The notes under the pieces were generated by a model that worked only from the letters and a program-made list of their open reading frames with translations, had not been told where the DNA came from and ran no database searches. A stretch of 64,000 nt of DNA, from the NCBI GenBank assembly GCA_963764725.1, contig CAVXTM010000012.1, forward strand, positions 320,001-384,000, read 5' to 3'. This DNA comes from an uncultured Gammaproteobacteria bacterium. GTDB taxonomy: Bacteria > Pseudomonadota > Gammaproteobacteria > JACCXJ01. The first letter of the stretch is position 1. The number at the start of each line of letters is the position of its first letter. The position numbers and the translations under genes were made by a program. Shown piece by piece: positions 30,522 to 42,300 of this stretch.

Positions 30522-33500
30522 TGGTGCGTGGTGCAACGTAAGCCGCTTCGAGTTCCGGCCGAGAATCATCGGGGGCCGGCAAAGCCTTGCGGTCGAGCTT
30601 GCCGTTCGGCGACAAGGGCAGCGCATCGAGTAGAACGAATGCTGAAGGGACCATGTAGTCGGGCAACTTGGCTTGCAGCTGCGCGCGCAGTTCGGCCGTT
30701 AGCTTCGGCTGCTCGCCCGCGTCTGGGGACGCGGCGGCGCCGTCGGCTTTTCGCACCGGAACCAGATAGGCGACGAGCCGTTTGTCGCCGGGCACATCTT
30801 CTCTGGCGAGGACGACGCTCTCGCGCACGTGCGGGTGCTGAGTCAATACCGCTTCGATTTCGCCTAGTTCGATGCGAAAGCCTCTGATCTTGACCTGGTG
30901 GTCGAGCCGGCCCAGATACTCGATCTCGCCCTGCGGCAGGTAGCGCGCCAAATCGCCGGTCTTATACAGCCGCTCGCCGGCATGAAACGGATTCGGGATG
31001 AATTTCTCGGCGGTCAACTCCGCCCGGTTCAGATAACCGCGCGCGAGCCCCACGCCGCCGATGTGGAGCTCGCCCGGCACTCCGATGGGGACCGGCTGCA
31101 GATTACGGTCTAAAATGTAGATCTGGGTGTTGGCGATCGGGTGGCCAATGGGAACGATTTGGTGCTTGCTCGCAGGATCGCACGCCCAGAACGTCACATC
31201 GACGGCGGCCTCGGTCGGCCCATAAAGGTTGTGCAGATCGACTGCCGGAAGGCGCTCGAAAGAGCGTTGCTGGAGGTCGAACGGCAAGGCCTCGCCGCTG
31301 CAGATCACGCGTTTCAGGCTAGTGCAGTTCTGCACCCACCGCTCGTCCAGAAACACCTGCAGCATGGAGGGCACGAAATGCAACGTGGTGATCTCGTGCT
31401 CGATGATGGTGTTGACCAGATAAGCGCTGTCCTGATGCCCGCCGGGGCGCGCCACTACTAACTGCGCGCCGCTCAAAAGCGGCCAGAAGAATTCCCAGAC
31501 CGATACGTCGAAGCTGAAAGGCGTCTTTTGCAGCACTCGGTCGGCGCTGTTCAGCCGATATGCATCCTGCATCCACAACAGGCGATTGACGATGGCGCGA
31601 TGCGTGTTCATCGCGCCCTTCGGCTGGCCGGTGGAGCCGGAGGTGTAGATCACATACGCGAGGTTATCGGGAGCAAGATCAGGACTCGGGTTGCTCACCG
31701 GATAGCCGCTGAAGTCCTCAGCGTCGAGCAGCACAAGCTGGGCGCCGTGCTCGGGCAGTCCGCGCCGCAGGCGTTGCTGCGTGAGTAGCACCGGCGCCTT
31801 GGCATCGCTCAGCATGAACGCGAGCCGCTCTTTCGGATAAGCGGGATCGAGCGGCACGTAAGCGCCACCAGCTTTCAGAATCCCATATAGGCCGACGACC
31901 ATGTCCACCGAGCGTTCAGCGCAGATGGCAACCAGAACGTCGGGACCCATGCCGAGGCCGATCAAATGATGCGCGAGCTGGTTGGCGCGGCTATTCAGTT
32001 CGGCGTAGCTCAATTGTTCGTGTCCGAAGATCAGCGCAGTCGCGCTCGGCGTACGGCGAACTTGCGCTTCGAACAATTCGTGGAGCAGCGCATCGGCGGG
32101 ATAGTCGGTCGCCGTGTTGTTCCACTCCATTAGCACCTCACGCTGAGCAATTGATATGACCTCAAGTGAACCGATGCCCGATTCTGTGTCAGAGGCCATG
32201 ACATTCAGTATGGAGGAATAAGTGTCGAGCCAGCTCTCTACGGACTCTCGGCTATAGAGCTTTTCGTTATGCCAGCAGACCAGCTGAATCTCGCCCTTGC
32301 ATTCACTAAGATTAAAGGCGAGCTCGTGTATGTGAAATGCTCGCTGGATATTTTCAACAGAGACATCCAGATCGCCGAAGCTGAAGTCCTCCCGAGCCTG
32401 CTCGAAGTTGAACTGCACTGCGAACAGCGGATTTCGATCTGCCCTTCTCGGCAGCTTCAGCTTGGGGAGGAGCGCGCCAAATGTGTAGTGCCCGTGCTCC
32501 TGCATATCCAACACGGCGCTTTGCACTTGGCGAACAAACTCTGAACTGGTCTTCGAACCGTCAATATGCACCCGCAGGGGATGCATGTTTACACAATGAC
32601 CTAGGACGCTGTCGAAGCCGAGCAGCGCCTGACCAGCCACGGGAACTCCAACGACGATATCGTCTTGACCGCTTACTCGCCCAAGTAGCAGGTACAGACC
32701 ACTCAAAAGAGCGGTGAAAAAGCTGCAACCGTTTGATTGACTGAAGAGTCTGAGGCCGGCCACAGTATTCGCGCTTATGCAAGTACGAATTTCCCCGCAG
32801 CGAAAAGATTTGACCCCACTTCTCTTTCCATCGACTGGCAGGATTAGATCCTCCGGCAAAGTCGAGAACACCGACAAATAATGCGCTTCAGCGGCCCGAC
32901 CTTCCGGGCCGTCTTCGAAGTCCCGCTGCTCCCTCATATAGTCGGTGTATCTGGGAGCGGAAGCGGCGGTTGGAGCTTTTCCCACGGAGCACAAGGAATA
33001 TCCCTGGCTAAACTCGTTCAGCAGCGTTCTTATAGAAAAGCCGTCGCATATCAGGTGATGAATGGTCAACAGAAGAGTGTGATTATTCTTGTCAAAAGAA
33101 AGCAACTGAGCACGAAAAAGCGGTTCCTGGTCTATCTCGAATGGGATAGAAGCTTCCATTCGAGCCAGCTCGTCGATCTGTATGGGATCATCGACCGCGA
33201 TGGATCGAACCGAAAGCTCAGCGAGTGTACGAGAGTGCAGGTAACTGATCGGTTCCTTCAGATCAAAGCTCATGCGCAGGGTTTCATGACGGTTAACCAG
33301 CCACTGCAGTGCTTCTTTCAGTGCGCCAACGTCCAACGGACCGCGCAATTCAATGCGATACGGGAGATTCAATGAGCACGATGCTTCAGGGCCAAATTGA
33401 ACGCCGAGCCACAACTCCATCTGTGCCTCGGTAAGCGGCATCGCCACCGGACGGTCACCGGCAGCGCCACTCTCAGGCCGCAACAGCAACAGGCGCGAAT

Positions 33501-36500
33501 CGTGCCTATCATTAGCAGGAGTCATCGGGAACCATTCGAAGCTCTCGGGCTTGAGAGGCTCGACGGCGCGCTGCCACTCAGCCAGGTCCATTAACGGGCT
33601 GTCCTTTCGAATCGAGTCCTCGAACAACCACCATTGCGGCGTGAGTCCCCAGATCATCTGATCCCAGCGGTAAGTGCCGACATGCTCGATTGCACAGACG
33701 ACGCCGCCGGGCGCCAGCGCCACAAACAGATTTCCGAGTACGTTGGCGACGTCTGGCGTCGCGTGGATAACGTTTAGCGCAACTACTACGTCAAAAGACG
33801 CAGATTCGATTCCCTGCTCCAATAAGCTCTTGGTGACGTCGACGACACTGTAAGACATTCTTGCACCATCAACGCTGCTGCCGCGGCTACGAGCATCCTC
33901 CACCAGAGTCGGCGACAAGTCTGTAAAGTGGTAGTGGGCGCCGGCCGGCAGCTGCGACGCGATACGCCAAGTTAGATCACCTCCTCCTCCGCCTACTTCG
34001 AGAATTCTTATGGGCCTTATGGCCGCCAATTTCAATAGCTCCCGTGCAAGTGCATCTTGAACATCGGCAACACCTCGATAGTCGGGCGTCTGTGTCTGCA
34101 GGACCTCCTTTATCATGGTCCGTGTGCCATCGGGGAGAAGAACAGACACGCCCGGGAGCTCCCCCCGCAAAACTCTCGGCAGGGCAGCCGCGCAGTTTGC
34201 CAACAGTTCGCAGAGCGCGCTAAAGGAAGGGTGCCGCTGCTCGATTTCGTTCGCGAGAGCCCGCGGAGTCTTAACGGCCGATATCGCACCGGTCACTGTC
34301 AGCTCGTCTTGCGAATCACCCTCAACCAAGCCATCGTCCCGTAGCATTTTGAAAAAGTAATTGATCAATTTGCCGTAGGGAGAACGCACCGCCAGGGCGG
34401 CCATGACCTGATCCCTGGAGAGCGTCGTACGTGCCTCCAGCTGAATACCGCTGCTTCTAAAAAGGTCCACTACCAAAGCTGTACAGAGACTATCCAGGTC
34501 CGCCCGCACACGCCCAAACTCTTCCCTATGGGCTGCCGTCGTAGTCAAAGACGCATTTCGCATATTCGCCGCGAGAGAATGCGCAACCGATTGTTGATCC
34601 GCTTCCCCGGCACTACCCGCGGCGACCGATATCGCTGTTCGGGCGGGCTCGGACGCCTCGCCCAGCAGGCCAATACCGGCGAGCTCGTCACAGGCCTCCA
34701 CGATTCGCTCGCATATCGCATCGACATCCGCAGCGGTATGGGCGGTGGAAAGGTAACAAGGGAAATCTTCGTAACAGTGGACACCCTTGCTTCGGAGTAG
34801 AGGGAACAACAACCCGGAATAAGTGAACTCCTCCTGGCAATGCAAATTAAACAAGGAACTGAAGTGATCAATTTTGATTGGATACTGATGGTCACGGAAG
34901 TGAGTATTCAGCCGGTCCGCGAAACTCTGGGTTAGAGCGTTCAGATCGTTTTGAAGTTGTGGGCCGCTGTCTGCCATATGTCGAAGCGCCGCATGCATCG
35001 CTGCGACTGACAGGGGATGCCGAATGAACGTACCGCCCAAATACGTTACCCCGGCTTGTGGGAATGACCCATCACCGAAGTGCCATGACCCGCCGTCGAA
35101 GGCATCCAGGTACTCCGGCTTGCCGGCAACGACTGACAGCGGCATTCCGGCGGCGACCGCTTTACCGTAGGTGGCGATGTCGGCTGTTACTCCATACCAA
35201 GCCTGCGCACCACCCGGATGCGTGCGAAAGCCCGTGACTATTTCGTCGAAAACCAGGGCTATATTATGCTGCTCAGTTACAGCTCGCAGCTGATGAAGGA
35301 ATTCTCTGGGTTGATTGGAGGGGTTACGGCTCTGAACGGGTTCCACGAGAACCGCCGCCAACTCATCCGCGAAGTTCCGAATGATCTTCACAGAAGCGGG
35401 ATCACCATAGTCCAGTATCAGAACGTCGGAGACCATGTGATCTGGTATTCCAGGCACCTGCGGTACGGCGTGGATTTTTCCGTTAATAACCGTGGGTCGG
35501 GCAACGACACAATCCACCCTGCCGTGGTAAGAACCGGAGAACATGGCGATTCGATCCTTCCCTGTCACCGTGCGGGCTATACGCAACGCTCCCAGAACCG
35601 CCTCCGACCCTCCCTGGGCATAAGTCATTCGGCCAGCACCGGTCGTACGGCAAAGGAGTTCGGCCGCCTCGCCGGCGAGCACGGACTGTGGTCCAAGGGA
35701 TATGTCGGTATCCACGGCGTTTGCCAGGGCTTTGCGCAAGAATGCCGGAGAATGGCCGAAAAGGTGTGCGCCAAATCCCATTAGAATGTCGAGGTATTCG
35801 TTCCCATCCGCGTCGACGATCCTGCATCCCTGGCTGCTCTGGGAAACAATCGGATAAACAGCCTCCTTCCATTCGCGCCGAAACCCGGCAACGGTTCGCG
35901 GATCCGAGAGGCAAGCGCGATATCGCTCCGCGTGGCTCTTGGAACTACGAGTCCTTTCGTTGTAGCCGGTAATAAATTCATTGATATATTTCTGTTGGGC
36001 ATTGGAGAGTGGCGTGGTCTGTGCCCGCTTGACTGGCTTGAACGGACCAAAGCCCTTGACGCTACGGCCAAATGTTTTAGGTGCGTCGGCTAAACGCACC
36101 GATCTTTCCCCACCCCCACCGTCGGAGATTGCCGATGTTGCACCGGGAACCTGCTGGCTGAGAATGTCGACCTGCTGCTTCACGAGCTCCAGCTGGCGCT
36201 GAATCAGTAGGCCCATTTCCGCAAGGCTGCCGGGCACCTCGCCCTGTCCCGTCGGTGTCCCTTGGGCCGGAATAGTTTCGATGGCACGGGTGGCCCTGGA
36301 CGGCGCGGCGGGCGGCGCAAACCGGCTCGGCGCCTCCCGAGCGAGGTGACTGGCGATCTGCTCGATTGTCGTGAGGTCTTCGAAGAGCCGTCTGAACAGC
36401 ACTCGGACACCGAAGCGTTTCTTCATCTCAGCGACCAGCCGGGTCATCAACAGAGAATCGAATCCAAGTTCAACGAGCGTCTTCGATTTCTGCAGACTCC

Positions 36501-39363
36501 CCTCATCGATGCCCGTGAGCTCATTGAGGAGGGCCTTTAGCTCCGCGATCGCTGCCCCAGTAGGATTAGGCGGACTGCCTGTGGCGAGAGGTAACATGGC
36601 AACAGAGGGATTAGGTATCGCCGCGGGCGGCGGGGCAGCGTTGACGATGTCGGGAATCTGACTCGCTAGCGATACAGCCAGGCTACGGAGGGTCGGCGTA
36701 GCGCTTGCCTCATCGGAGGAAAGCCAATATCTCTGGCGTTCGAATGGGTAAGTCGGCAAAGACACCTTGGAACGGTCGCTGCCGGAAAACAGTAGACGAG
36801 TCTCCAGATCCGCACCATTGGCCCAAAGGTCACCATAGGCCGCCAATAGCATGAGCTGATCGTCGGCATCCATTCGGGCACCACGGACGCAACTGATAAT
36901 CGGGTATGACGACGTCAGTCCAACTTTTTGCCTGACGAAACTCGCCAGTGTGCTCCCGGGCCCCACCTCCATGAATGCGGGATCGTTTAGTTCCAGCAGT
37001 GAATCCAGACAGTGATTGAACAGCACGGGCTGGCGTATATGCTTGCCCCAGTAGGCTGGCTGTGTGGCCTCTTCATCCCGGAGCCACGATCCAGTGACGT
37101 TGGAAACTATTGGGACTGCGGGCGGGTTGAGCGTAAACCGGCCTACGAACTCGGTGAAAGGATCAACGGCGGATTCCATCAGCCGACTATGAAATGCATG
37201 GGAAGTACGAACCGGCCGCCAGCCCACTTCTCTTTCGTCAAGCACGCCTTGAAAAGCGATAACGTCCTTGTCCGCGCCAGCTACAACCACCAGCTCCGGC
37301 GCGTTGACGGCCGCGATCTCCAACTCCGGCGGCAAAAGTCGCTCTACGTCCTCCGCGGAGAGCTGCACCGCTACCATTTTTCCCGTTGGAACGGCCTGCA
37401 TCAGAGCAGCTCGCGTGGCAACAATCGCCATTGCGTCGTCGAACTTGAACACCCCGGCCAGGGTTGCTGCAACTAGCTCCCCGATACTGTGTCCCACCAG
37501 TGCTGCCGGCGTTACGCCTCGCGCCTGGAGCGATCTAGCTACGGAGTACTCCACGGCAAACAAAGCCGCTTGTGTTACATGCGTTTTGTTGAGCGCCTTT
37601 TCCGCACGCTCCAGGTCGCTGTCGGGGCAGAAGATAATCGCCCTAAGGTCGAGACCCAAATGGGACTGCAACCCCTCGCAACAATCGTCAAAGGCCCGTC
37701 TGAACACCGGATCCTGATCGTAGAGCCCGATGGTCATCCGAGGATACTGACTACCCTGACCCGTGAACATGAAGATTGTGTTGCTGACGTGGCGCGTCCC
37801 TAGCGAAGGCGAATTGCTGGCCACCGCACTCTGCTCGAGCTTCGAAATGGCTCCCGACAAGTCCTGACAAGCAACGAATTGCCTGACCGGCAGGGACTGA
37901 CGACCAGTGGCCAACGAAAACGCCACATCCGAAAAATTGAGGGTGGGGGAAGACACGAGAAAGCGCACCAGATTCTCGGCGCTGCGTGCCAAGGCCGCCG
38001 GCGTCTTGGCCGACAGCAATAGCAGCTCGGCAGCTCGTGCGGGTGCTGAGCCCTCTGGCTCGGGCGGCTCCTCCAGAATGGCGTGGAAGTTGGTCCCACC
38101 GAGCCCAAAAGAACTGATTCCGCCACGCCGCGGTCGCTGCTCGCCGGGCCAATCCTTTAAGTCCGTATTGACATAGAAGGGACTGGTCGCCAAGTCGAGC
38201 TCTGGGTTAGGCCTCGAGAAGTTTATGCTTGGCAGCAACTTTCGGCGGCTCAACATTAAGCTCAACTTTATCAGTCCGGCGACGCCGGCGCCGGCATCCA
38301 AATGACCAATGTTTCCCTTCAATGAACCTAGAGCGCAGTACTGGACAGCGTTTGTTCTCTGCCTGAAGGCTCGGGTCAAGGCTGCGACTTCGATAGGGTC
38401 TCCGAGGGTCGTTCCGGTCCCGTGAGCTTCTACATATTGAATAGAATCCGGGTCAATGTCCCCGACCGCCAGAGCTTCAGCGACTACGCGCGCCTGCCCG
38501 GAAACACTCGGTGCGGTGAAGCCGGCCTTGTCCGCCCCGTCGTTGTTCAAGGCTGAGGCCAAGATGACGGAATAAATGCGATCACGATCCTCAATCGCAT
38601 CCTCGAGGCGCTTAAGTACCACGGTTGCTACACCGCTGCTATAGATGCAGCCTTGCGCACGTTCATCGAACGGCCTGCAATGCCCGTCCCGGGACGGTAT
38701 GCCGCCCTCCACCCAGTGGTATCCGGCAGTTTGTGGCACATGGACTCGTGCACCCCCTACAATGGCTGCATCACACTCGCCGTTGAGCAGGGATTGGCAG
38801 GCTAGGTGCAGGGCAACCCCTGAACTGGAGCACGCCGACTGCACGGAGAAGGCGGGCCCGGTGAGATTCAGCTTATAGGCTACCCGGGTCGCCGGGAAAT
38901 CCTTGTCGCTACCGAGCGTCGCTTCATAGGTGGCTCCACTCTCTACCAAGTCTCTATAGACCAGGGCGTTGTGCAGGAAATACGTATTCCTAGCTACACC
39001 ACCGAAAACACCAATCTGACCATCGAATCGAGTTGGGTCACAGCCTGCGTCTTCCAGCGCCGTCCAGGCCGACTCCAGAAAAATTCGGTGTTGCGGATCC
39101 ATGAGCTCCGCTTCCCGCGGAGTAATACCGAAAAAAGAGGCGTCAAACCCATCGGCATCGTCGAGCGGCGCACCAGCATTGACGTAGTCCGGGTCGTTAG
39201 TCACCTGAGGATCCACACCCGCTTGCCGCAACTCCTCCTCCGAAAAAGGACGAACCGACTCCACACCGCGGCACAAATTGCGCCATAGGGCTTCAATATT
39301 GGGCGCTCCTGGGAACCGCCCCGCCATACCGACAATCGCGATCCGGTGCGTGGCAGTTGTCAT
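30184..39363 (-). CDS. Hybrid PKS-NRPS: KS-AT-ACP-aminotransferase-MT-C-A(Ser)-PCP
   Basis: KS: SACSS, HGTGT, IGH. AT: GHSIG and HAFH (malonyl type). ACP: GFDSLL. Class-III aminotransferase: FDEIVTGFR...TYGK. MT: LEVGGGGG, NVIHAT. C: HHLICDG. A: FDVSVWE, HFVPSM, SGEAL, AAVDV (Ser code). PCP: GGHSF. Confidence 0.93.
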   Translation of the reverse strand: MTTATHRIAIVGMAGRFPGAPNIEALWRNLCRGVESVRPFSEEELRQAGVDPQVTNDPDYVNAGAPLDDADGFDASFFGITPREAELMDPQHRIFLESAWTALEDAGCDPTRFDGQIGVFGGVARNTYFLHNALVYRDLVESGATYEATLGSDKDFPATRVAYKLNLTGPAFSVQSACSSSGVALHLACQSLLNGECDAAIVGGARVHVPQTAGYHWVEGGIPSRDGHCRPFDERAQGCIYSSGVATVVLKRLEDAIEDRDRIYSVILASALNNDGADKAGFTAPSVSGQARVVAEALAVGDIDPDSIQYVEAHGTGTTLGDPIEVAALTRAFRQRTNAVQYCALGSLKGNIGHLDAGAGVAGLIKLSLMLSRRKLLPSINFSRPNPELDLATSPFYVNTDLKDWPGEQRPRRGGISSFGLGGTNFHAILEEPPEPEGSAPARAAELLLLSAKTPAALARSAENLVRFLVSSPTLNFSDVAFSLATGRQSLPVRQFVACQDLSGAISKLEQSAVASNSPSLGTRHVSNTIFMFTGQGSQYPRMTIGLYDQDPVFRRAFDDCCEGLQSHLGLDLRAIIFCPDSDLERAEKALNKTHVTQAALFAVEYSVARSLQARGVTPAALVGHSIGELVAATLAGVFKFDDAMAIVATRAALMQAVPTGKMVAVQLSAEDVERLLPPELEIAAVNAPELVVVAGADKDVIAFQGVLDEREVGWRPVRTSHAFHSRLMESAVDPFTEFVGRFTLNPPAVPIVSNVTGSWLRDEEATQPAYWGKHIRQPVLFNHCLDSLLELNDPAFMEVGPGSTLASFVRQKVGLTSSYPIISCVRGARMDADDQLMLLAAYGDLWANGADLETRLLFSGSDRSKVSLPTYPFERQRYWLSSDEASATPTLRSLAVSLASQIPDIVNAAPPPAAIPNPSVAMLPLATGSPPNPTGAAIAELKALLNELTGIDEGSLQKSKTLVELGFDSLLMTRLVAEMKKRFGVRVLFRRLFEDLTTIEQIASHLAREAPSRFAPPAAPSRATRAIETIPAQGTPTGQGEVPGSLAEMGLLIQRQLELVKQQVDILSQQVPGATSAISDGGGGERSVRLADAPKTFGRSVKGFGPFKPVKRAQTTPLSNAQQKYINEFITGYNERTRSSKSHAERYRACLSDPRTVAGFRREWKEAVYPIVSQSSQGCRIVDADGNEYLDILMGFGAHLFGHSPAFLRKALANAVDTDISLGPQSVLAGEAAELLCRTTGAGRMTYAQGGSEAVLGALRIARTVTGKDRIAMFSGSYHGRVDCVVARPTVINGKIHAVPQVPGIPDHMVSDVLILDYGDPASVKIIRNFADELAAVLVEPVQSRNPSNQPREFLHQLRAVTEQHNIALVFDEIVTGFRTHPGGAQAWYGVTADIATYGKAVAAGMPLSVVAGKPEYLDAFDGGSWHFGDGSFPQAGVTYLGGTFIRHPLSVAAMHAALRHMADSGPQLQNDLNALTQSFADRLNTHFRDHQYPIKIDHFSSLFNLHCQEEFTYSGLLFPLLRSKGVHCYEDFPCYLSTAHTAADVDAICERIVEACDELAGIGLLGEASEPARTAISVAAGSAGEADQQSVAHSLAANMRNASLTTTAAHREEFGRVRADLDSLCTALVVDLFRSSGIQLEARTTLSRDQVMAALAVRSPYGKLINYFFKMLRDDGLVEGDSQDELTVTGAISAVKTPRALANEIEQRHPSFSALCELLANCAAALPRVLRGELPGVSVLLPDGTRTMIKEVLQTQTPDYRGVADVQDALARELLKLAAIRPIRILEVGGGGGDLTWRIASQLPAGAHYHFTDLSPTLVEDARSRGSSVDGARMSYSVVDVTKSLLEQGIESASFDVVVALNVIHATPDVANVLGNLFVALAPGGVVCAIEHVGTYRWDQMIWGLTPQWWLFEDSIRKDSPLMDLAEWQRAVEPLKPESFEWFPMTPANDRHDSRLLLLRPESGAAGDRPVAMPLTEAQMELWLGVQFGPEASCSLNLPYRIELRGPLDVGALKEALQWLVNRHETLRMSFDLKEPISYLHSRTLAELSVRSIAVDDPIQIDELARMEASIPFEIDQEPLFRAQLLSFDKNNHTLLLTIHHLICDGFSIRTLLNEFSQGYSLCSVGKAPTAASAPRYTDYMREQRDFEDGPEGRAAEAHYLSVFSTLPEDLILPVDGKRSGVKSFRCGEIRTCISANTVAGLRLFSQSNGCSFFTALLSGLYLLLGRVSGQDDIVVGVPVAGQALLGFDSVLGHCVNMHPLRVHIDGSKTSSEFVRQVQSAVLDMQEHGHYTFGALLPKLKLPRRADRNPLFAVQFNFEQAREDFSFGDLDVSVENIQRAFHIHELAFNLSECKGEIQLVCWHNEKLYSRESVESWLDTYSSILNVMASDTESGIGSLEVISIAQREVLMEWNNTATDYPADALLHELFEAQVRRTPSATALIFGHEQLSYAELNSRANQLAHHLIGLGMGPDVLVAICAERSVDMVVGLYGILKAGGAYVPLDPAYPKERLAFMLSDAKAPVLLTQQRLRRGLPEHGAQLVLLDAEDFSGYPVSNPSPDLAPDNLAYVIYTSGSTGQPKGAMNTHRAIVNRLLWMQDAYRLNSADRVLQKTPFSFDVSVWEFFWPLLSGAQLVVARPGGHQDSAYLVNTIIEHEITTLHFVPSMLQVFLDERWVQNCTSLKRVICSGEALPFDLQQRSFERLPAVDLHNLYGPTEAAVDVTFWACDPASKHQIVPIGHPIANTQIYILDRNLQPVPIGVPGELHIGGVGLARGYLNRAELTAEKFIPNPFHAGERLYKTGDLARYLPQGEIEYLGRLDHQVKIRGFRIELGEIEAVLTQHPHVRESVVLAREDVPGDKRLVAYLVPVRKADGAAASPDAGEQPKLTAELRAQLQAKLPDYMVPSAFVLLDALPLSPNGKLDRKALPAPDDSRPELEAAYVAPRTTLEQQLAAIFASVLKLDQVGIRDNFFDLGGHSFLVLRVLAEIEKTCGRRLSVATLFQAPTVEQIGRILAAGDSLNDSDVIVPLNPHGTTPPLFSVWLGIATDAARVVPLPRA

Positions 39364-42300
39364 GGCTTGCTCTTTCGATGATGCAATCGCCGCTCACGAA
39401 TCGCGTTCCGATTCCTCTGGGCTTTGATCGAAATCCGATCAGACCCCGGTTGATCAGCGTCTGCTGGGTCATAGCCCAGTTGGCGAGCAAGATCCCAGGT
39501 TGCCGGCGCAAGAGCGTATTTCGTTTGGGCCGCCTTCCAACTGTCGGCGACATCCGGCCGGATCTCGGAGAATGTCAGGAATCGAACGTCGCCCATGGGG
39601 GTCGATTCTGGATACAGACCAGTCGTCATTTTGCTCTCTTTGTTCCGGTAGGGTTCAACCAATTCCTCTATGTAGGGTAAGTCCAGCATTGTGCAGGCGC
39701 GCTCCATTGCCGTACGGGGATCTGCAACCAAGTCTTCGAACCGAAGGCGGCACTGCCGTTCCTCGGGAACCTTTGTAAGCAGCTCGAGTATATTGAAATG
39801 GCTGCGCAGCCAAACCAGTTCGCCCAACTGACGGGTATTATAAGGATGATCCTTGAGTAAGAGGATCTGGTCCATATGCATTTTCTCGAAGGACCGTGTC
39901 GCCGCCAAGGGATGGCGGACGAGATGGATAAACTTAGCCTCTTCGAAGTCCAGCTCGGCATGTTCTAAGGCGACCGGGTCGAGGGCATATGAGGGGGTCT
40001 TATCTAATAGGAGCCGTTCACCGATCGCGTCTTGAAGTAGCTTGTAGAATTCGATGGTTGTCAGGTCTTTGCTTTCGTACTCCTCCATCAGACGCCTGGC
40101 CGCATCAGCGTCGACCCCGCGTAACTCCATCAGTACCCGGATCGTTCCCTCTAACCAGGCCTCAAATTTCCCCTGGAATGCCGCCCGGCGACTCCGAAGC
40201 GTCTCAAAGTGTAGTAGCTGCAGCTCCGGTGCGGCGAACAGATCCGGATGTCCAGCCAGCATTACCCGCAACAAGGTGGTTCCGGACCGTGGGGGAGCCA
40301 GTATGAACACCGCGGGCGGATTTAGGGGCGACGCAGAGTCGCGACCGGTAGACCGGAAGATAGGTACCCGCCCCTGAAATCGGCCAATCTCTGCATCGGT
40401 CAAAACGCGAGCGTCAGCAACGCGGCGCGTGTCGTCACGCCCCAGGCCCTTGACGCCGGTGAACAATTCGCGTATCCGATGTGGATACTGCCGCTTCAAT
40501 AACTCGGCGTATTCGGCAATCGTCGGCGCCTCGAATACGGTAACAACGTAGACGAACTCGTTCAGGCGTTGTTGTAGCCGCTGAACCAGCCGCGCCGCCC
40601 GCAGCGAGGTGCCGCCTGCGTCAAAGAATCCGACATGAATTCCGAAATCTTCACGACCGAGGATGGCCGCCCAACTGGCGTGCAGCCAACGCTCCAGCTC
40701 ATCCCGGGGTGGGGCTTCCTGGCCGTTGCGGCGAATCGTGGCTTTCTCCGGCAGGTGCAGCGCCGGGCGATCGAGTTTGCCGTTCGGAGTCAAAGGGTAC
40801 TCATCCAGCATAACAATCACATCGGGAACCATGTAGTCGGGAAGCCATTTGGCGCAGTGTTCACGTATGCTGGACTGCAAGTCCTGAACGGAATACCAGT
40901 TTTCCGATGCAGGTAGTCGGGATATGGCGGATGAGCAAACGCTGGCTCGCCGCGCAAAAACTAGCTTCAGTGATGTATCTGCGAGAGGGTCCGCCTGGTC
41001 TTCGACGTACTGGAACCCCTTGTCATCCAGAAGCTGCTTGAACTGCCTAAGGCGATCCCCTGTGTCGTGAACTTCCGCTACGATCTGCCGGATTTTTGGC
41101 CAGTCGTCATCCTCGAGTCCCTGCAGGACCTCGAGTTCGCTTCGCTCTACGTCAATCTTCAGCAGATCGACATGGTCGATTCCCAGGTCAGCTATGGCAC
41201 CCGATAGCGTTTTGATCGGACAAGTGAAGGATTCTGTCGTCAGCCGTGCCGCCACCAGTTCATCGAGGACCCGGTGTGACACGCTCCCGGAAAGAGAGGA
41301 GTCTGAGGCCGCCAGGTAACGTGCCACGGTATCTCGGTCTTCCTGCAAATTCGCCTTTGCGCCTGACAATATCGACGCGTGCTCGTAGAACGTAAAGCTG
41401 GCGGTCTCCGGGATCCGCCCCACACCATATCCCAATGGCTGGATCGATTCTCCGTAGAGCTCCGCATTGGTCGTCAGTATCTCCAGCAGCGGCGGGATGG
41501 GCTCAAACGCGAAGACCTTGGAACCCGGGATCTCGGTAGCAACCAGGATCGAAAATAAGCCAATGTTAGCTCCCACATCGAAAACGCAAGCTCCGTGCCC
41601 CAGCTCGATACCATGTTGGAAATAACATCGGTCTCGAAATATTTCGTCGTACATGAAATCGGTTTCTGATTTGTTCAAGTGGCGCACCACGAGGCCATTA
41701 GGGAGCTCGTACAAATCTGCAGCGCCGTTGCATTTCGAACGATAGCGTATCGTGACAACAGCGGCCGTTCGGTCTGGATCAGCCAGCAGATGGGCCGCCA
41801 GTTTCTGTTCTTGATCGTCGCTTGAAAATGTCGTCACAACAGCATCGCGCACGCCGGGATGACGACGTAACGTTTCCTCGATTTCTCCCAGCTCAATCCG
41901 AAAGCCCCGAATTTTGACTTGATGATCCAGCCGCCCCAGGAACTCGATGGACCCATCCTTGCGCCATCGCGCAAGATCACCCGTCTTGTAGAGCAACGCC
42001 TTTGAATCACCGGCAAAAGGGTCTGTGATGAATCGTTCTGCCGTCAGCTCGGGGCGGTTGTGATATCCACGTCCCACCTGAACGCCGCCAATGTGCAGCT
42101 CCCCCGCGTCTCCGTTGCCAACTGGCTGAAGGTCTTTATCCAGTATGTATAGCTTCGTGTTCAACACGGGCCGCCCGATTGGCACTACCCTGTCCTCTCC
42201 ACCGGGCTCACACTTCCAGTGAGTAACGTCAACCGCGGCTTCCGTCGGTCCATAAAGATTATGTAGTTCCGCGTCTAGGGTACTGAAGAACCGCTCCTTC

